Shown here: piece after piece, positions 51,816 to 64,000 of the stretch
How positions within the stretch are numbered: the first letter of the stretch is position 1
Layout: each line of letters begins with the position of its first letter
Source of the DNA: Octopus sinensis
Taxonomy: Eukaryota
Direction: 5' to 3'
Length of the DNA: 64,000 bases
Assembly (NCBI RefSeq): GCF_006345805.1
Contig: NC_042999.1
Location: 98,890,001 to 98,954,000, forward strand
Translations under genes and position numbers: made by a program
Notes under the pieces: model-generated
The model's database searches: none
Seen by the model: only the letters and a program-made list of their open reading frames with translations
What the model was told of the DNA's origin: nothing

Positions 51816-52013
51816 AACAACAAACAAGATGACAAATATCGGTCAAACGTAAATAATGTAAATAATGTATAATTGTTTTGGTATAACAAATTACTCTGCA
51901 AGTTTACTCTAATTCTCTAAAATTATTCCCCCACTCTGCTAGATTAAAAACTGAAAATTACTGTATGAAATCTTTGAGCGAGATGTAAACAGTAGCAATA
52001 TGGAATTGTAACA

Positions 52014-52162
52014 TAATTGTCAACCAAGTGTGGCATCATATACATGTGTGGGGAGGGGGAACAGTACTACTGACGTTTATAGCCCTGTCATCCTGGGCTA
52101 TACATGTCAGTAGCACTGTGTCCCCACTACCCATTTGGGACACCACACTTGGTTGGCAATTA
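52014..52162. mobile_element. ~150-bp hairpin MITE
   Basis: taattgtcaaccaagtgtgg / ccacacttggttggcaatta; inner stem tactgacg..tatagccc / gggctata..tgtcagta. Confidence 0.75.
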
Positions 52163-52309
52163 CATGAAAATTACTTTTGACTCACCCCATGTCCAGAAAA
52201 GCCTATATCAAATTTTAACACATTGGCTAGAGAATAGCTGACCTTCATACAATGTAAATATGGTAGTATTGCTGACCTATATTTGTGACTGTCCCTCCAA
52301 TGTGATCTG

Positions 52310-55192
52310 GCAATATTTCTACAGCTGGATGCCCTTCCTAACGTCAACCACTCTAAGAGTGTAGTGGATGCTTTTTACGTGCCACTGGCACAGGAGCCAG
52401 TGAAGCAGGCCTGGCATTGATCATATTCAGATGGTGCTTTTTATGTTCCACCGGCACAAGAACCAGTCAGTGGGTACTGGCATCAGCCATGTTCGGTTGG
52501 TGCATTTTATGTGCCACCGGCACAGGAGCCAGTCAGGTGGACCTGATATTGACCATGTTCAGATGGTGCCTTTTACATGCCACCAGCATGGGAGCCACTC
52601 AAGGGGCAATGCCACCATCTATGATATTGGTTTTACTTGACACAGTAGGTCTTCTCAAGCATATCACCCAATGCATCAGGGGTATTCTTAACAGGTCCGG
52701 ACATGCATGACTGCCATCTCTCTTTAGTTGCCAGGTCTTCCCAATCACAGCATATCTCCAAAAGTCCCGGTCTCCTGTCATTGCCTCTGTGAGGCCCAAT
52801 GTTCGAAGGTCATGCTTCACCACCTCATCCCATGTCTTTCTGGGTCTACCTCTTTCACAGGTTCCTTCTATAGTTAGGGAGTGGCACTTCCTCACACAGA
52901 TGTCTTCATTCATACATAACACATGGCCATACCAGTGCAGTCGCCTCTCTTGCACACCACATTTGATGCTTTTTATGACCAACTTTTCTCTCAGGATGCT
53001 TACACTCTGTCGTGTATGCACACTGACAATACACATCCAGCAGATCATACTAGCTTCCTTTCTTTCAAACCTATGCATGTCCTCAGCATTCATGGCCCAT
53101 GTTTCACTGCTGTTTAGCATGGCAGATTGCACACATGCATCATATAGTCTACCATTCATGCTGAGTGAGAGGCCCTTAGTTGCCAGCAGAGGTAGGAACT
53201 CCCTGATCTTTACTCAGGCTATTCTTACTTTAGTCACTGCACTCTCAGAGCAACCACCCCACTACAGACTTGGTTGCCTAGGTAGCAAAAGCTATTAATT
53301 AACTACTTCTAGTTTCTCTCCCTTGTATGTGATGTGATGGAATCTGTTTTCTGTACATCTTCAGTGTTTATTGCCCCAGTGCCTCTGCTACACAAAAACT
53401 ATTTTCCCAGTTAACCTGCCTTTGATATTGCTGCACCTTTTATGTGTCCATAGCTTACACTGAGTACATCATATGGAGTTTCTGCCCACACCTTTTCTAC
53501 AGACAAGCAGGGCCATCTACCTGAAGGGGTTTGTGATTTGTCTGCCTTTCTACTTACTAAAACATTGGTTTTTGCTAGGTTAACCCTAAGGCCTTTCGAT
53601 TCTAGACCTTGCTTCCACACTGTAAACTTTGTCTCCAGTTCTGGCAGTGACTTGGCTATTGGAGCAAGGTCATCAGTATAGAAGGGTTCTCAGGGGCAGC
53701 CTGTCTGGAATTCCTCTGTTATTGCCTGGAGGGCTATAATGAATAAGAGGGGGCTGAGGACGGATCCTTGCTGAAACCGTATTTCTACTCAGAATTCTTC
53801 ACCATACTCATTGCCAACCCTCACCTTACTGACAGCATCCCTGTACAGGGCTTGTACAGATCTTACTAGTCACTGGTCTGTCTCCAGTTTCTGCATTGAC
53901 CCCCAGATAAGGGATCAGGGGACCCTGTCAAAAGCTTTCTCCAAGTCAACAAAAGCCAAGTACAGAGATTTATCTTTGGCTAGGCATTTCTCTTGTAGTT
54001 GCCTTACCAGAAATATAGCATCTGCTTGGCACAAAACCAAACTGCATCTCATCCAGGCTCTCTCCCTAATTAGTTGGGCTATGACCCTCTCTGTAACTTT
54101 CATCACCTGATTCAACAATTTGATACCACTGTAGTTATTTCTTTGTAAATCATCCCCTTTCCACTTGTAGCAGTTGACTATGGTGCAGTTACACCAGTCA
54201 TCGGGTATGACTCCTTCATGAACTATCTGATTTACAATGCAGGTGACCAGACCATAATCCACACCGACTGATATTTTAAGCATCTCAGCGGTGATTCCTG
54301 ATGGGCCAGGTGCTTTCCCTGTCTTCATATCCTTAATTGCTTTTTCTACCTGGGTACTGTTGATTTGGATAGCTGGTCCCTCAATTGGGTCAACCTTTGG
54401 CAGACTCTCCTCCTCCCATTCATTCTCTACATTCAGCAGTCTTTCATAATGGATTCTCAAAGTCTCTTTTTTTTTAAGAATCATTAAACGCAAGGGCACC
54501 TTCATCCAAGTGGACACATTTCTCTCCTATGACAACAAGGTTTTCTCTCACACGCTGTCTTGCAATCTGAAATACTTCAGTTCTTTGGTCCTCACATGGC
54601 TGAACATTGGCAAACTTCTTCTTTTCTGCTACTCCCTTGGCTATATATACCTGTCTACTAGCTTCCCTTTTGGCTATCTGATACATTCACCTGCTACCCA
54701 CTCTTGCAGACTTCCGAGGTCTGTTCCCTTACTCTAATGACCCTATCTACAGTATTGGAATACCACCATATTATCTTAGGTCTGGAAGGGACTTTGCACC
54801 AGCCACAAATTTGGTCTGTGGCACTCAGCAAGCTGTCTCACAGGAATTCACAGCTGCCTTCTATGTCACAGGCAGCTGACTAGCAGAGTCATCTGATTGA
54901 TAGGTTATCAGGGGGCTAGTTGGCTTCCGGAAGTTGGTGTTGCAGATCAATAGGTTATTTGCATCACAGAACTCCAGGAGCCTAGTTCCCTCTTCATTTC
55001 TGGTACCAACTCCATGGCCCCCATGTACACCATGGAAGATACTAGATTGCTGAGCGATATATCCATTAAAATCCCCAGCCACAAAGATGAGATCATTGTT
55101 ACTCATCTTTGAGGTAGCCTGTAGAAGAATATCATAAAAGTGATCCTTCTGTTTATTTGGTAGGCCCGCTTGTGGGGCATAGGCAATCGTTT
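52310..55192 (-). mobile_element. Decayed near-full-length RTE LINE (APE endonuclease, RT, C-terminus, 3' UTR)
   Basis: AYAPQAG..LIFVAGDFNG (APE), KAPGPSGI, DAIFLVRQLQEK..AFVDLEKAFDRVP (RT), RRLHWYGHV..RGRPRKTW; multiple frameshifts. Confidence 0.92.
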
Positions 55193-55663
55193 TTTTAGAA
55201 AAACGTAAATTCAGAGAAGAAACACACTCTAAGTAGAAGAGAAATCTCTCTCTCTCTATGTATATATATATATAATTTAGCTGTGAAGTTACATAGGTGA
55301 CTGAAAAGCCAAGAGTTTTGTGCCATCAGAATATGACATGATAAGGCAATATTTTTCAAAAATCTGCCTATTAAGAAAATGGATAGAATATATAGAATAA
55401 AATAAAATAATAGGGAGCACAATAATTCTTATAATTATAAATATCACAGACATATATCAAAATTATTTTATCGTATTTATTCATTCTCTTTGTTTTTAAA
55501 AATATTGATTTGCACAAGGCACTTCAAAAGTGTTTTGATAGAAATATCTAGAATGTTTGTCCTTGTATATAAAGAGAATATTTTTGATATATAATTTAGT
55601 TTGATAAGTGTAAAACATGAAACTCTTGACCTTGAATCACTCATGTAGCTCTACAGCTACTAT

Positions 55664-55710
<47 letters not shown>

Positions 55711-56955
55711 TGTAATTATGTGGTAAAGAGGTTTTCTTCCCAATGACATGGGATCTTGTCATCTTGGCACCTTGGCACCTTTTGAAAATCTTTCTCAACC
55801 AAAACTGTCTGACAAACAGGAATGTGAAACTCAGAGTAGTAGTTTTGTGATGTTTTTGCAGTGTTATTAATAATATATATATTATTAGTCCAGACAGCTA
55901 TATGGTTAAGAAATTTGATTTTGGGTTCTGTCCCACTGTGTGTCATCTTGGACAAATGTCTCATGCTGAAACCCATGACCAACCAAAGACCTGGGTGGGG
56001 AATTGGTAGACAAAAGCTGAGAAAACCTGTTGGAAATAAATGTGTGTGTGCTGTTAGTCATTCAAATGAGTTGCAGTTGAATTGTATCACTGACCATGTC
56101 ATAGGTGTACAACAAAATATTTTGACACTTTATAATACATAATACTATGAAACAATAAAAGTGAATATAATAGTAAACAGGTCTGTGTACCTTACGTGGG
56201 TGTTATGACTCTTCTTAAATGTAACTCAGTTTTATCATACAGCTGGTTATATCCCTAATAAAGTATATATACCTCTGAAATATATACGTAAAAGACTCAA
56301 TTTTTTTTTTTGAAGCAGTGATAAATAATATGCTTGTGCCTGTCATTGTATGAGCAGCAGATTTGTAAATGTTTGTTCTCTATCACCCAAGATGATATTT
56401 GTTCTATATATTGGTAACCAAAGGAATCAATCTCCTGCTCAGGGTGAAGGTTTTGGTATCACAACTTTAGCCAGTTGCTTTTTTTCTTCCTTTGTTTCCT
56501 TTTTTATTTTTTTGGTTCAGTTCAAAATGCTAATGGTATTTTTATCTATTGCACTAATCTCATTTCTTCAATACTCATTATAGCTGCATAATTTTCATTT
56601 CAGTGGACTAGTTTTTGAGGATTTTGTAGATTAATGTTGTTGTAGCCACCTATCGCCTTGCATGTAAGCTGTTGTTGGTATAGTTTTTGCCTTAGCTCTG
56701 TCATTTTTCAATGATCCTGAAAGCCATTAGATTGAGTTGAGTTAGCTAAGTATGTGCTACAGAAGGCCTCCAAGTTCATGTAATGTTGCGTTGGATTCAT
56801 GCTTTTCAGTTAATGCATATAACTTTGTTGCAAGTGGTTTGGATATATTCTTCCTATAACATCTACTTTCTGTAGTAATACCTTCAAATTATTCTTTTGT
56901 AGGCAGCTTACAATTGCCATCGTGCATTGCAAAGTTTATTGAACTTGACTTATAT

Positions 56956-57374
56956 TACTCTTTACTCTTTTACTTGTTTCAGTCATTTGACTGTGGCCAT
57001 GCTGGAGCACCACCTTTAGTCGAGCAAATTGACCCCAGGACTTATTCTTTGTAAGCCTAGTACTTATTCCATTGGTTTCTTTTGCTGAACCACTAAGTTA
57101 TGGGGACGTAAACACACCAGCATCGGTTGTCAAGCGATGTTGGGGGACAAACACAGACACACAAATATATACACACACATACATATATATATTTATATAT
57201 ATACATATATATGATGGGCTTCATTCAGTTTCCGTCTACCAAAACTACTCACAAGGCTTTGGTCGGCCTGAGGCTATAGTAGGAGACACCTGCCCAAGGG
57301 GCCACACAGTGGGACTCAACCCGGAACCCTGTTGTTGGTAAGCAAACTACTTACCACACAGCCACTCCTGCACC
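56956..57374 (-). mobile_element. Full-length tRNA-derived SINE (same family as 7931-8372)
   Basis: Head ggtgcaggagtggctgtgtggtaag..gggttgagtccc and (AGAGTAAA)n tail on the minus strand. Confidence 0.88.
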
Positions 57375-58064
57375 ATGTTGTGAAGGTTTAAATGTCATAT
57401 TTCACTTATTAACCCAGTATTTCATTCAGATTAGGCCTCTTTTTTAGCTGATTAAGGTCACTACAAGTTACTGAATTTATTGACAAAAAATAATGTGAAA
57501 TCAAGGGTCAAGGGCACCATTTTTCATAGCTATTGGCATAATCAACAGTGAAAATATGGGATCAAAGCAAGCTTTGAGCCTTGTAGGAATGATACATTGA
57601 TGGGGTACAAATCAGAGGTTTGACATGACAGGATTATTTTTATGGATCTTTATTTTAGGAAACTTTATAGTCACCTAGGCAGTTTCCCCATGTTTCCACT
57701 TGTGTTCCAGTTTTATGCAGAGTCAGTCAAAGACCTGTTTGATGTTTAGAGCTATGACACAATATTTGATCTGTGCTTAGATAATTACTTTCTGTTTGTG
57801 AAAGGGTAATGAAAAGCTTTGGCTGTAAGACAAACTACCTGCTGTGAGTATGTATATACAAACATAAATGTGCGTGTGTGTGTATCCATGTGAGTGTGTC
57901 ATTTTGTTTTTATGTCTTTTTGCTTCCGTTCAATCTAACAAATTGGAGTCAGTAGAATATATGACTTGCTCGAGGGCTCAGCTCAGTGACTGAGTGTAGT
58001 AAGATTCAAACTTAAGACAATGTTGAACGTACTGCAATTCGACTTCACATAGCCATGGTGACTT

Positions 58065-58917
<853 letters not shown>

Positions 58918-60973
58918 CAATAAATGGTGGGTTGTGTTGACCGCACGTGGAGAAATGATAAGTAAGGAAAAATTTTTTTAAAAATGCAGAATGCTCAAAT
59001 GAAAGAAAATTTTAATAAAATGAGAAATTGATAAAATATATAAATATATATTTATTCAACTGGTTTTCGTCATTGTATGACTTGTCAAGAATATTTATGT
59101 TTTAAAAAGTTTTTTTAAAAATTAGAAAGGGGAAAAAAAGAAAATTGCATTGTTTTTTGCAATAGAATAATGATAAAAATGTACAAAAATTAAAAAATAA
59201 GTACTCCGATACATTGTGAGTTCGTTGTGTATCTTGAGTTTTATGATTGTTCACGAAAAAATTACCTTGAGGTATTAAGATCCAAAGGGATTAAGATCAT
59301 GTGTTGTGTGGTTTAATTCAGCATGTTGGCAGGACAGGAAGTAGTAGTAATTGTGGTTCTTCAGTTCCTGTGTTGTGAGTAAGGGGAGACAACTCTTTTG
59401 AGTTCTTCAATAAGGGCTGTTGGTAAAACCCAAATTATAAAATTATCATTTTAGCTTCATTTGTGTTATCTTTTTTATATAATTGCTTGTTAACTTAACT
59501 TTCAGATTTTAACACTTTATTTATATTATTTTCTAATTATATAAATCTGCATAGACAATTGCATTTCAAATTGTCATATCATTTATAATAAAAATGATAG
59601 TAATAACAACAATAGTAAAAATAATATTTAAAGAATATAAGTTTTAGCTTGAAGTGATGAATGCATGGTATCTTTATATATTTGTGTTAGTCCATCCATG
59701 AAGAGTGAGGTAGAGAAAGGAAGTTTGATCAACGAGGACTTTGCATATTAAGTTGTGTTTGGAATTTTTCAATAAAGAGATTCTCCTTGTTAATTCTCTC
59801 CTGTGTGGTGATCCCGTCTTTACATTGGTAGAAGGGGAATATATAGAATTTGGGGTTTAAGTCTTTAGCACATGAGTCTAAGTGGTCACTCAGTGGAATT
59901 TGTCGGTATTCCGGGAGATTTATTTGTTCTTTATGCACCGTTACTCGTTTACGTAACGGGAGACTCGTTTGTCCAACATAATTATGTTGGCAACCAGCGC
60001 ATGTGAGAACGTAGATAAGGTTCTCGGAGGAACAGGAGAAGTTAGTCTTGATTTTAAACTTCGTACCTTGTTTGAAGGTAAATTCAGAGCCTTCAAGTAG
60101 AAAGGGGCAGGTACCACAGTTTGAGCGTGCACATTTTTTTACTGTTGGGGGTGGATGTGGTGTGTGAAGTTTGGCATTTGTCAAGAGTTTTTTTAAAGAT
60201 TTGTGTTGCCTTTTACATTTGAGGATTTTGTGTGTATTTATAATGTTTTTCATTTTTGGGTCTGTTGACAGTAGACTGAGGTTTTGTATGATTGTGGTGT
60301 ATGCTTCGATATTTTTGGGGTTGTGGGTGGAAATGTATGGAAGTATTTTGAGGTTGTGTGTGGTGTTGGGTTGGGTGGTTTTCAGTGTAGTGTTGTCTAG
60401 TTCTTTGGCGCGTTTTATTCCATACTCTATAAGGGTGGAGGGATATTGACGTTGTAATAGTGTTTTTTTGAGGTCTTGAAGGCGTATTTCTCGTGTTTTT
60501 GGATCCGAGACAATGGTGCATGCCCTTTTAGCTAAATTGAAAGGGATATTTGTCTTGGTGTGTTTTGGGTGGCATGAACTAAAGAGGAGGTATTGTTGTG
60601 AGTCTGTAGGTTTGTGGTATATGTCTGTTATGATTTGGTTCTTAGGTGTTTTTATAATTAGGAGATCAAGGAATGGGAGATGATGTTTGCTTAATTCCAT
60701 AGTGAATTGGATGTTGGGATGTATGTTGTTTAGTATGGTTTTGAATTCCAGGAGTTTTTCATAAGGTTCTTTCCATATGATGAAACAATCATCTAAATAC
60801 CTTTTCCAGTTTTCCATTAGGTAGGTGTGGAAAACATGTCCAAATTTCTGGCTTGATATTTCATAGAGTGACAGTTCGAAGTAACCCATTATGAGGTTCG
60901 CAAGGACTGGTGCAGCCTTGGTACCCATCGCAATACCACATTTTTGACGGTAGTGTGTGTCGTCGAAGAGAAA

Positions 60974-60975
<2 letters not shown>
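58918..60975 (-). mobile_element. 5'-truncated Neptune-like Penelope element with uninterrupted RT C-half plus GIY-YIG ORF and an ~800-bp 3' UTR/pLTR
   Basis: ORF 59729-60975: QKCGIAMGTKAAP, WKRYLDDCF, LPFLD, YHKPT, SCHPKH, Cys linker CARSNCGTC, NLIYVLTCAGC..YVGQT. Both ends lie in (TA)n. Confidence 0.93.
59054..59092 (-). ncRNA. Minimal hammerhead-like motif with U3-A8 core
   Basis: Minus strand: ATTC TTGACAA GTCA tacaa TGAC GAAA accagtt GAAT. Confidence 0.6.
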
Positions 60976-61020
<45 letters not shown>

Positions 61021-61074
61021 CATGCATACATAAATACACACACACATACACACACATATATATACACAAAGAAC

Positions 61075-61238
61075 ATCCAGTTCACTCTGGCTGGTATTTG
61101 GAAAGGCATCCAGTTAGTTGTAAAAACTGTGCCAAAAACAGACATGAAAGTCTGCTGTAGGCTCCTGCTTGGCAAGTTCCTGTCAAACTGTCCAACCCAT
61201 ACCAGAATGGAGGGTAGGCTTTAAATGATGATGATGCA
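61075..61238 (+). mobile_element. RTE 3' tail fragment
   Basis: ggaaaggcatccag..ctgtccaacccat..ttaaatgatgatgatg. Confidence 0.7.
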
Positions 61239-61274
61239 TATGTGTGTGTCTATATATATATGTGTGTGTGTATA

Positions 61275-61644
61275 TCTCTCTATATATAAACGGCAGTTTG
61301 TCTGTGTGTATTTCTGTGTGTCTGTTAGGTTGTACCCTCACCCTGACCACGGCTTTCAACCGATTCTGATGAAACTTGACACACACATAGCCCAATGTCA
61401 TAATTCAAAACTAACGCAGCGAAAATTTTGAAAAGTTCCCCCAGTTCTGAAAAAAATCGATAAATTCGACATGGTGTCGAGAATCAGAAACACAAACCAC
61501 AGACTGTCTAGGGGACGCAACTCGACCTTTTTAACTAAAAAAAAATTACCATCATTTTTTTTCCGTTTTTTGGCTATAACTCTCTAAAAATGCTTTATAG
61601 TTATTTCCCTTACAAACCCGAGCAACGCCGGGCGATACTGCTAG
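61275..61644 (+). mobile_element. Non-autonomous Helitron
   Basis: 5' TC(tctctatatataaa), hairpin cccgagcaacgccggg, CTAG end, A|T insertion site; the 3' ~100 bp is shared with 4257-4654. Confidence 0.85.
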
Positions 61645-61660
61645 TATATATATATATATA

Positions 61661-62318
61661 CGAGGTCTGATCAAAAAGTATCTGGTGAAGCTCCTTGGCA
61701 AAGATTGACCTTGAACTCTGCTGTGCATGTGCACTAAGTTTTAACATTGGCAGTGCTTGGAAGGAAGGTGTGTAGTGTGTGATCATCACATTGACCATGG
61801 CAGAGAAGGTTGTCATGGCGATACCTGCACAGAGACCTACACAAAGTTGCAGAAAGTATATGAGGAGTGTATGAGTTGCACACAAGTGTATGAGTGGTTC
61901 AGACGTTTCCAAGATAGCCATGAAAAAAGTGTTGATATTGACGAACGTTCTGAGAGACCCACAACCAGCAAAACTGAGAAAAGCATTGCAGATGTGTATG
62001 CAACTGTGAGGGAAAATCACTGAATCACCATCTGTGAGTTATCAGAGGATGTGCAGATTAGTTACAGTTCAGATTTGGGTATGAGATGTACAAAAACTGC
62101 TTTCTGCTCAACTTTCTTTGACATGACCAATGCAACGATCACACGCTACGCACCTTCCTTCCAAGCACTACTGTAAACAGCAGAAATGAGCTAGAATGTT
62201 AAAACTTAGTGCATATGCACAGTAGAGTTCAAGGCCAATCTGTGCCAAGTGGCCTCACTCTGTGTGCTTTAGCTTCATTACTATGGCAACAGACTGGATA
62301 CTTATTGATTGGACCATG
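61661..62318 (+). mobile_element. Deleted mariner derivative with long subterminal inverted repeats
   Basis: TA-flanked TIRs cgaggtctgatcaaaaagtatc / gatacttattgattggaccatg; HTH remnant TQVYEWFRRFQD..DERSERPTTS; about 61690-61800 is inverted at 62120-62258. Confidence 0.82.
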
Positions 62319-62808
62319 TATATATACGTGTGTGTGTGTATATATATATATATATACACACATACATATAGACATATATGTGTGAGTGTGTGTGTATGTG
62401 TGTTTGTATGTCTATATATATTGCTTTTATATCATTCATCTCTGTAACTTTATTTACCTCCTCTTTCCAATCAACAGCCTTTACAATCTAAGCTAATCTG
62501 TTTTGAATAACCAGTGTCTAATTATCATTCTCCAGGTACAAGCTAATAACAATTCAAATGCCTGCTTTCTTGTGATTTATTGTTTAGTGTGTACAACTGC
62601 AATTACAACAGCAAACCTATTATTACGGAAGGGAATGACATAATATTTAAGCATACTTCTTGCTCTGTTGTTACTTGTCTAGGTTTACATTTTATTACAT
62701 CTATGATTCTCTACTTTGGAGTCAGTGTTTCATGTAACCTCAGTATATCATTATTAATTAAAGCAAAACTAGAATTAATTAAATATAGTTAACATAGTAA
62801 TAATGATG

Positions 62809-62842
<34 letters not shown>

Positions 62843-63459
62843 GAAGAAGAAGAAGAAGAAGAAGAAATAATTAGGAAAGATATTACAGAAGAGTCAGGCT
62901 GATATCAAACCTAAACATAACTCTCAAAATTTATTTGTACAGATAGTAGGTAAAAATATGCTGGCTATCCTAATTATACATTACAACTTCAACATTATAA
63001 ACTGGAAGATTAGTCAATAGAAAAACTTAGAAAAACAAGGAAGCTTCTGATAGTGTTCTGAAACCACCACTCAAAAGCTGATTTAGAATGACTATGCATA
63101 TCTTTCACACAAGGAAGGGAAGCAAGGTTTGAGACAGAAAGATAACTACTACAAAATAACAATTTGTAGAACTAGAAAAATATTTAGAACCAGGTAAAAG
63201 GAAGCTGATAAGTATAATAAAGAAACACGCAAAATAAACAACTTTTCCTGTATATATGGGAAAGAGAAAAATAGAAACAGTTAACTAACATCACTAAAAT
63301 AACAAATTTAGATAAGTCCAAAACAGCTGAAGGTATTAGAAAGAAAAAGAACAAAATCAAACGAATGTACCAAAACATATTGATGCAAAAATGGTTAGAA
63401 AACCACTCTGAGTCCAATATCTCACAATACTCCACAGTTTGGATGTAAGTGTAAGTAAA

Positions 63460-63975
63460 AGCCAACAATAGCTCAAAAGTTTTTGACTAAAAGCCTGAAA
63501 CTGAAAGTTTGATACTGGTTTTAGAAGACTAATGGCTTGATCACAAACAACTACAAAAATAAAATGGAAAAAGAAAGTGCAAAATTCAATTGTAGACTAT
63601 GGAACCCGTACATTGATTGTCTACATCTCCTTCCAGACTACCCAGTCGTTGTTAAGTTAAAATGTTTTTGCAGTTGATCAAGTTTGTGGCTTAGTCCAAT
63701 GGGTAATATGCCAACACTTCAATATTAAAATAGACAAGAAATTGTATAACCATGTACTAAACATGGTATTTGACAACAACCTAACTATAATCATCTTGGA
63801 TATGTCTGTTCAAATTACAAGGAGAGTAAAGCAAACTACCATTATTTCAACAAAATATTGTTGAAAAGGAAATGGAAAAACTACCAAATTAAAGGATATT
63901 GAAAGTAAAATTAACAGGATATGAGTCATTGAAGTAAAAACAGTACCAGTAATAATTAAAAAATTTGAGCAAAAT
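63460..63975 (+). mobile_element. Very degraded R4/Dong LINE C-terminal fragment
   Basis: Remnants LKPETESLI, WVICQHFNIK..LYNH and VKTVPVII align with ORF 487-1233. Confidence 0.55.
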
Positions 63976-64000
63976 CATACGAGCCACACCTAGTTTCACA

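Larger units (their letters stand above)
49571..51868 (+). mobile_element. 5'-truncated Penelope/Poseidon-type element with inverted 5' pseudo-LTR and 12-bp TSD
   Basis: GIY-YIG ORF 49967-50434 (VYSIPCSCGRLYKGKT..HHK..SGIADHVW..KLKEA). 49600-49949 is the reverse complement of 50411-50560 plus 51720-51860. TSD ataattgttttg at 49559-49570 and 51869-51880. Confidence 0.9.

Noticed and set aside
62525-62560. Candidate next RGS7 exon after ttctccag
   Set aside because: In-frame TAA after three codons and no DIVQWL-like peptide.

Overview
AT-rich, microsatellite-dense animal genomic DNA. The SINE/LINE repertoire looks coleoid cephalopod, probably Octopus (inference). The only host coding sequence I can support is one 97-nt exon (38392-38488, +) encoding the start of the DEP region of an R7-family RGS protein (RGS7/RGS6/EGL-10-like). 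The rest appears to be its flanking introns, at least 38 kb upstream and 25 kb downstream. These introns hold nested mobile elements: Penelope-like elements (PLEs) of apparently three clades, RTE, R4/Dong and CR1 LINE fragments, several tRNA-SINE families, mariner/maT and hAT relics, two non-autonomous Helitrons, a solo LTR and hairpin MITEs. The main points of interest are five. (1) Minimal hammerhead-ribozyme motifs sit in PLE pseudo-LTRs, including a U3-A8 covariant core and one with a large stem-II insertion. (2) One PLE pseudo-LTR carries a tRNA-like Pol III cassette upstream of its hammerhead. (3) A near-perfect 320-bp palindrome lies 1.4 kb downstream of the exon. (4) A ~108-bp duplication brackets 4 kb that begins with an RTE tail. 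(5) A candidate recursive or micro-exon splice site lies 125 nt upstream of the exon. All calls were made by eye; no searches or folding programs were run, and most ORFs in the provided track are microsatellite artefacts.
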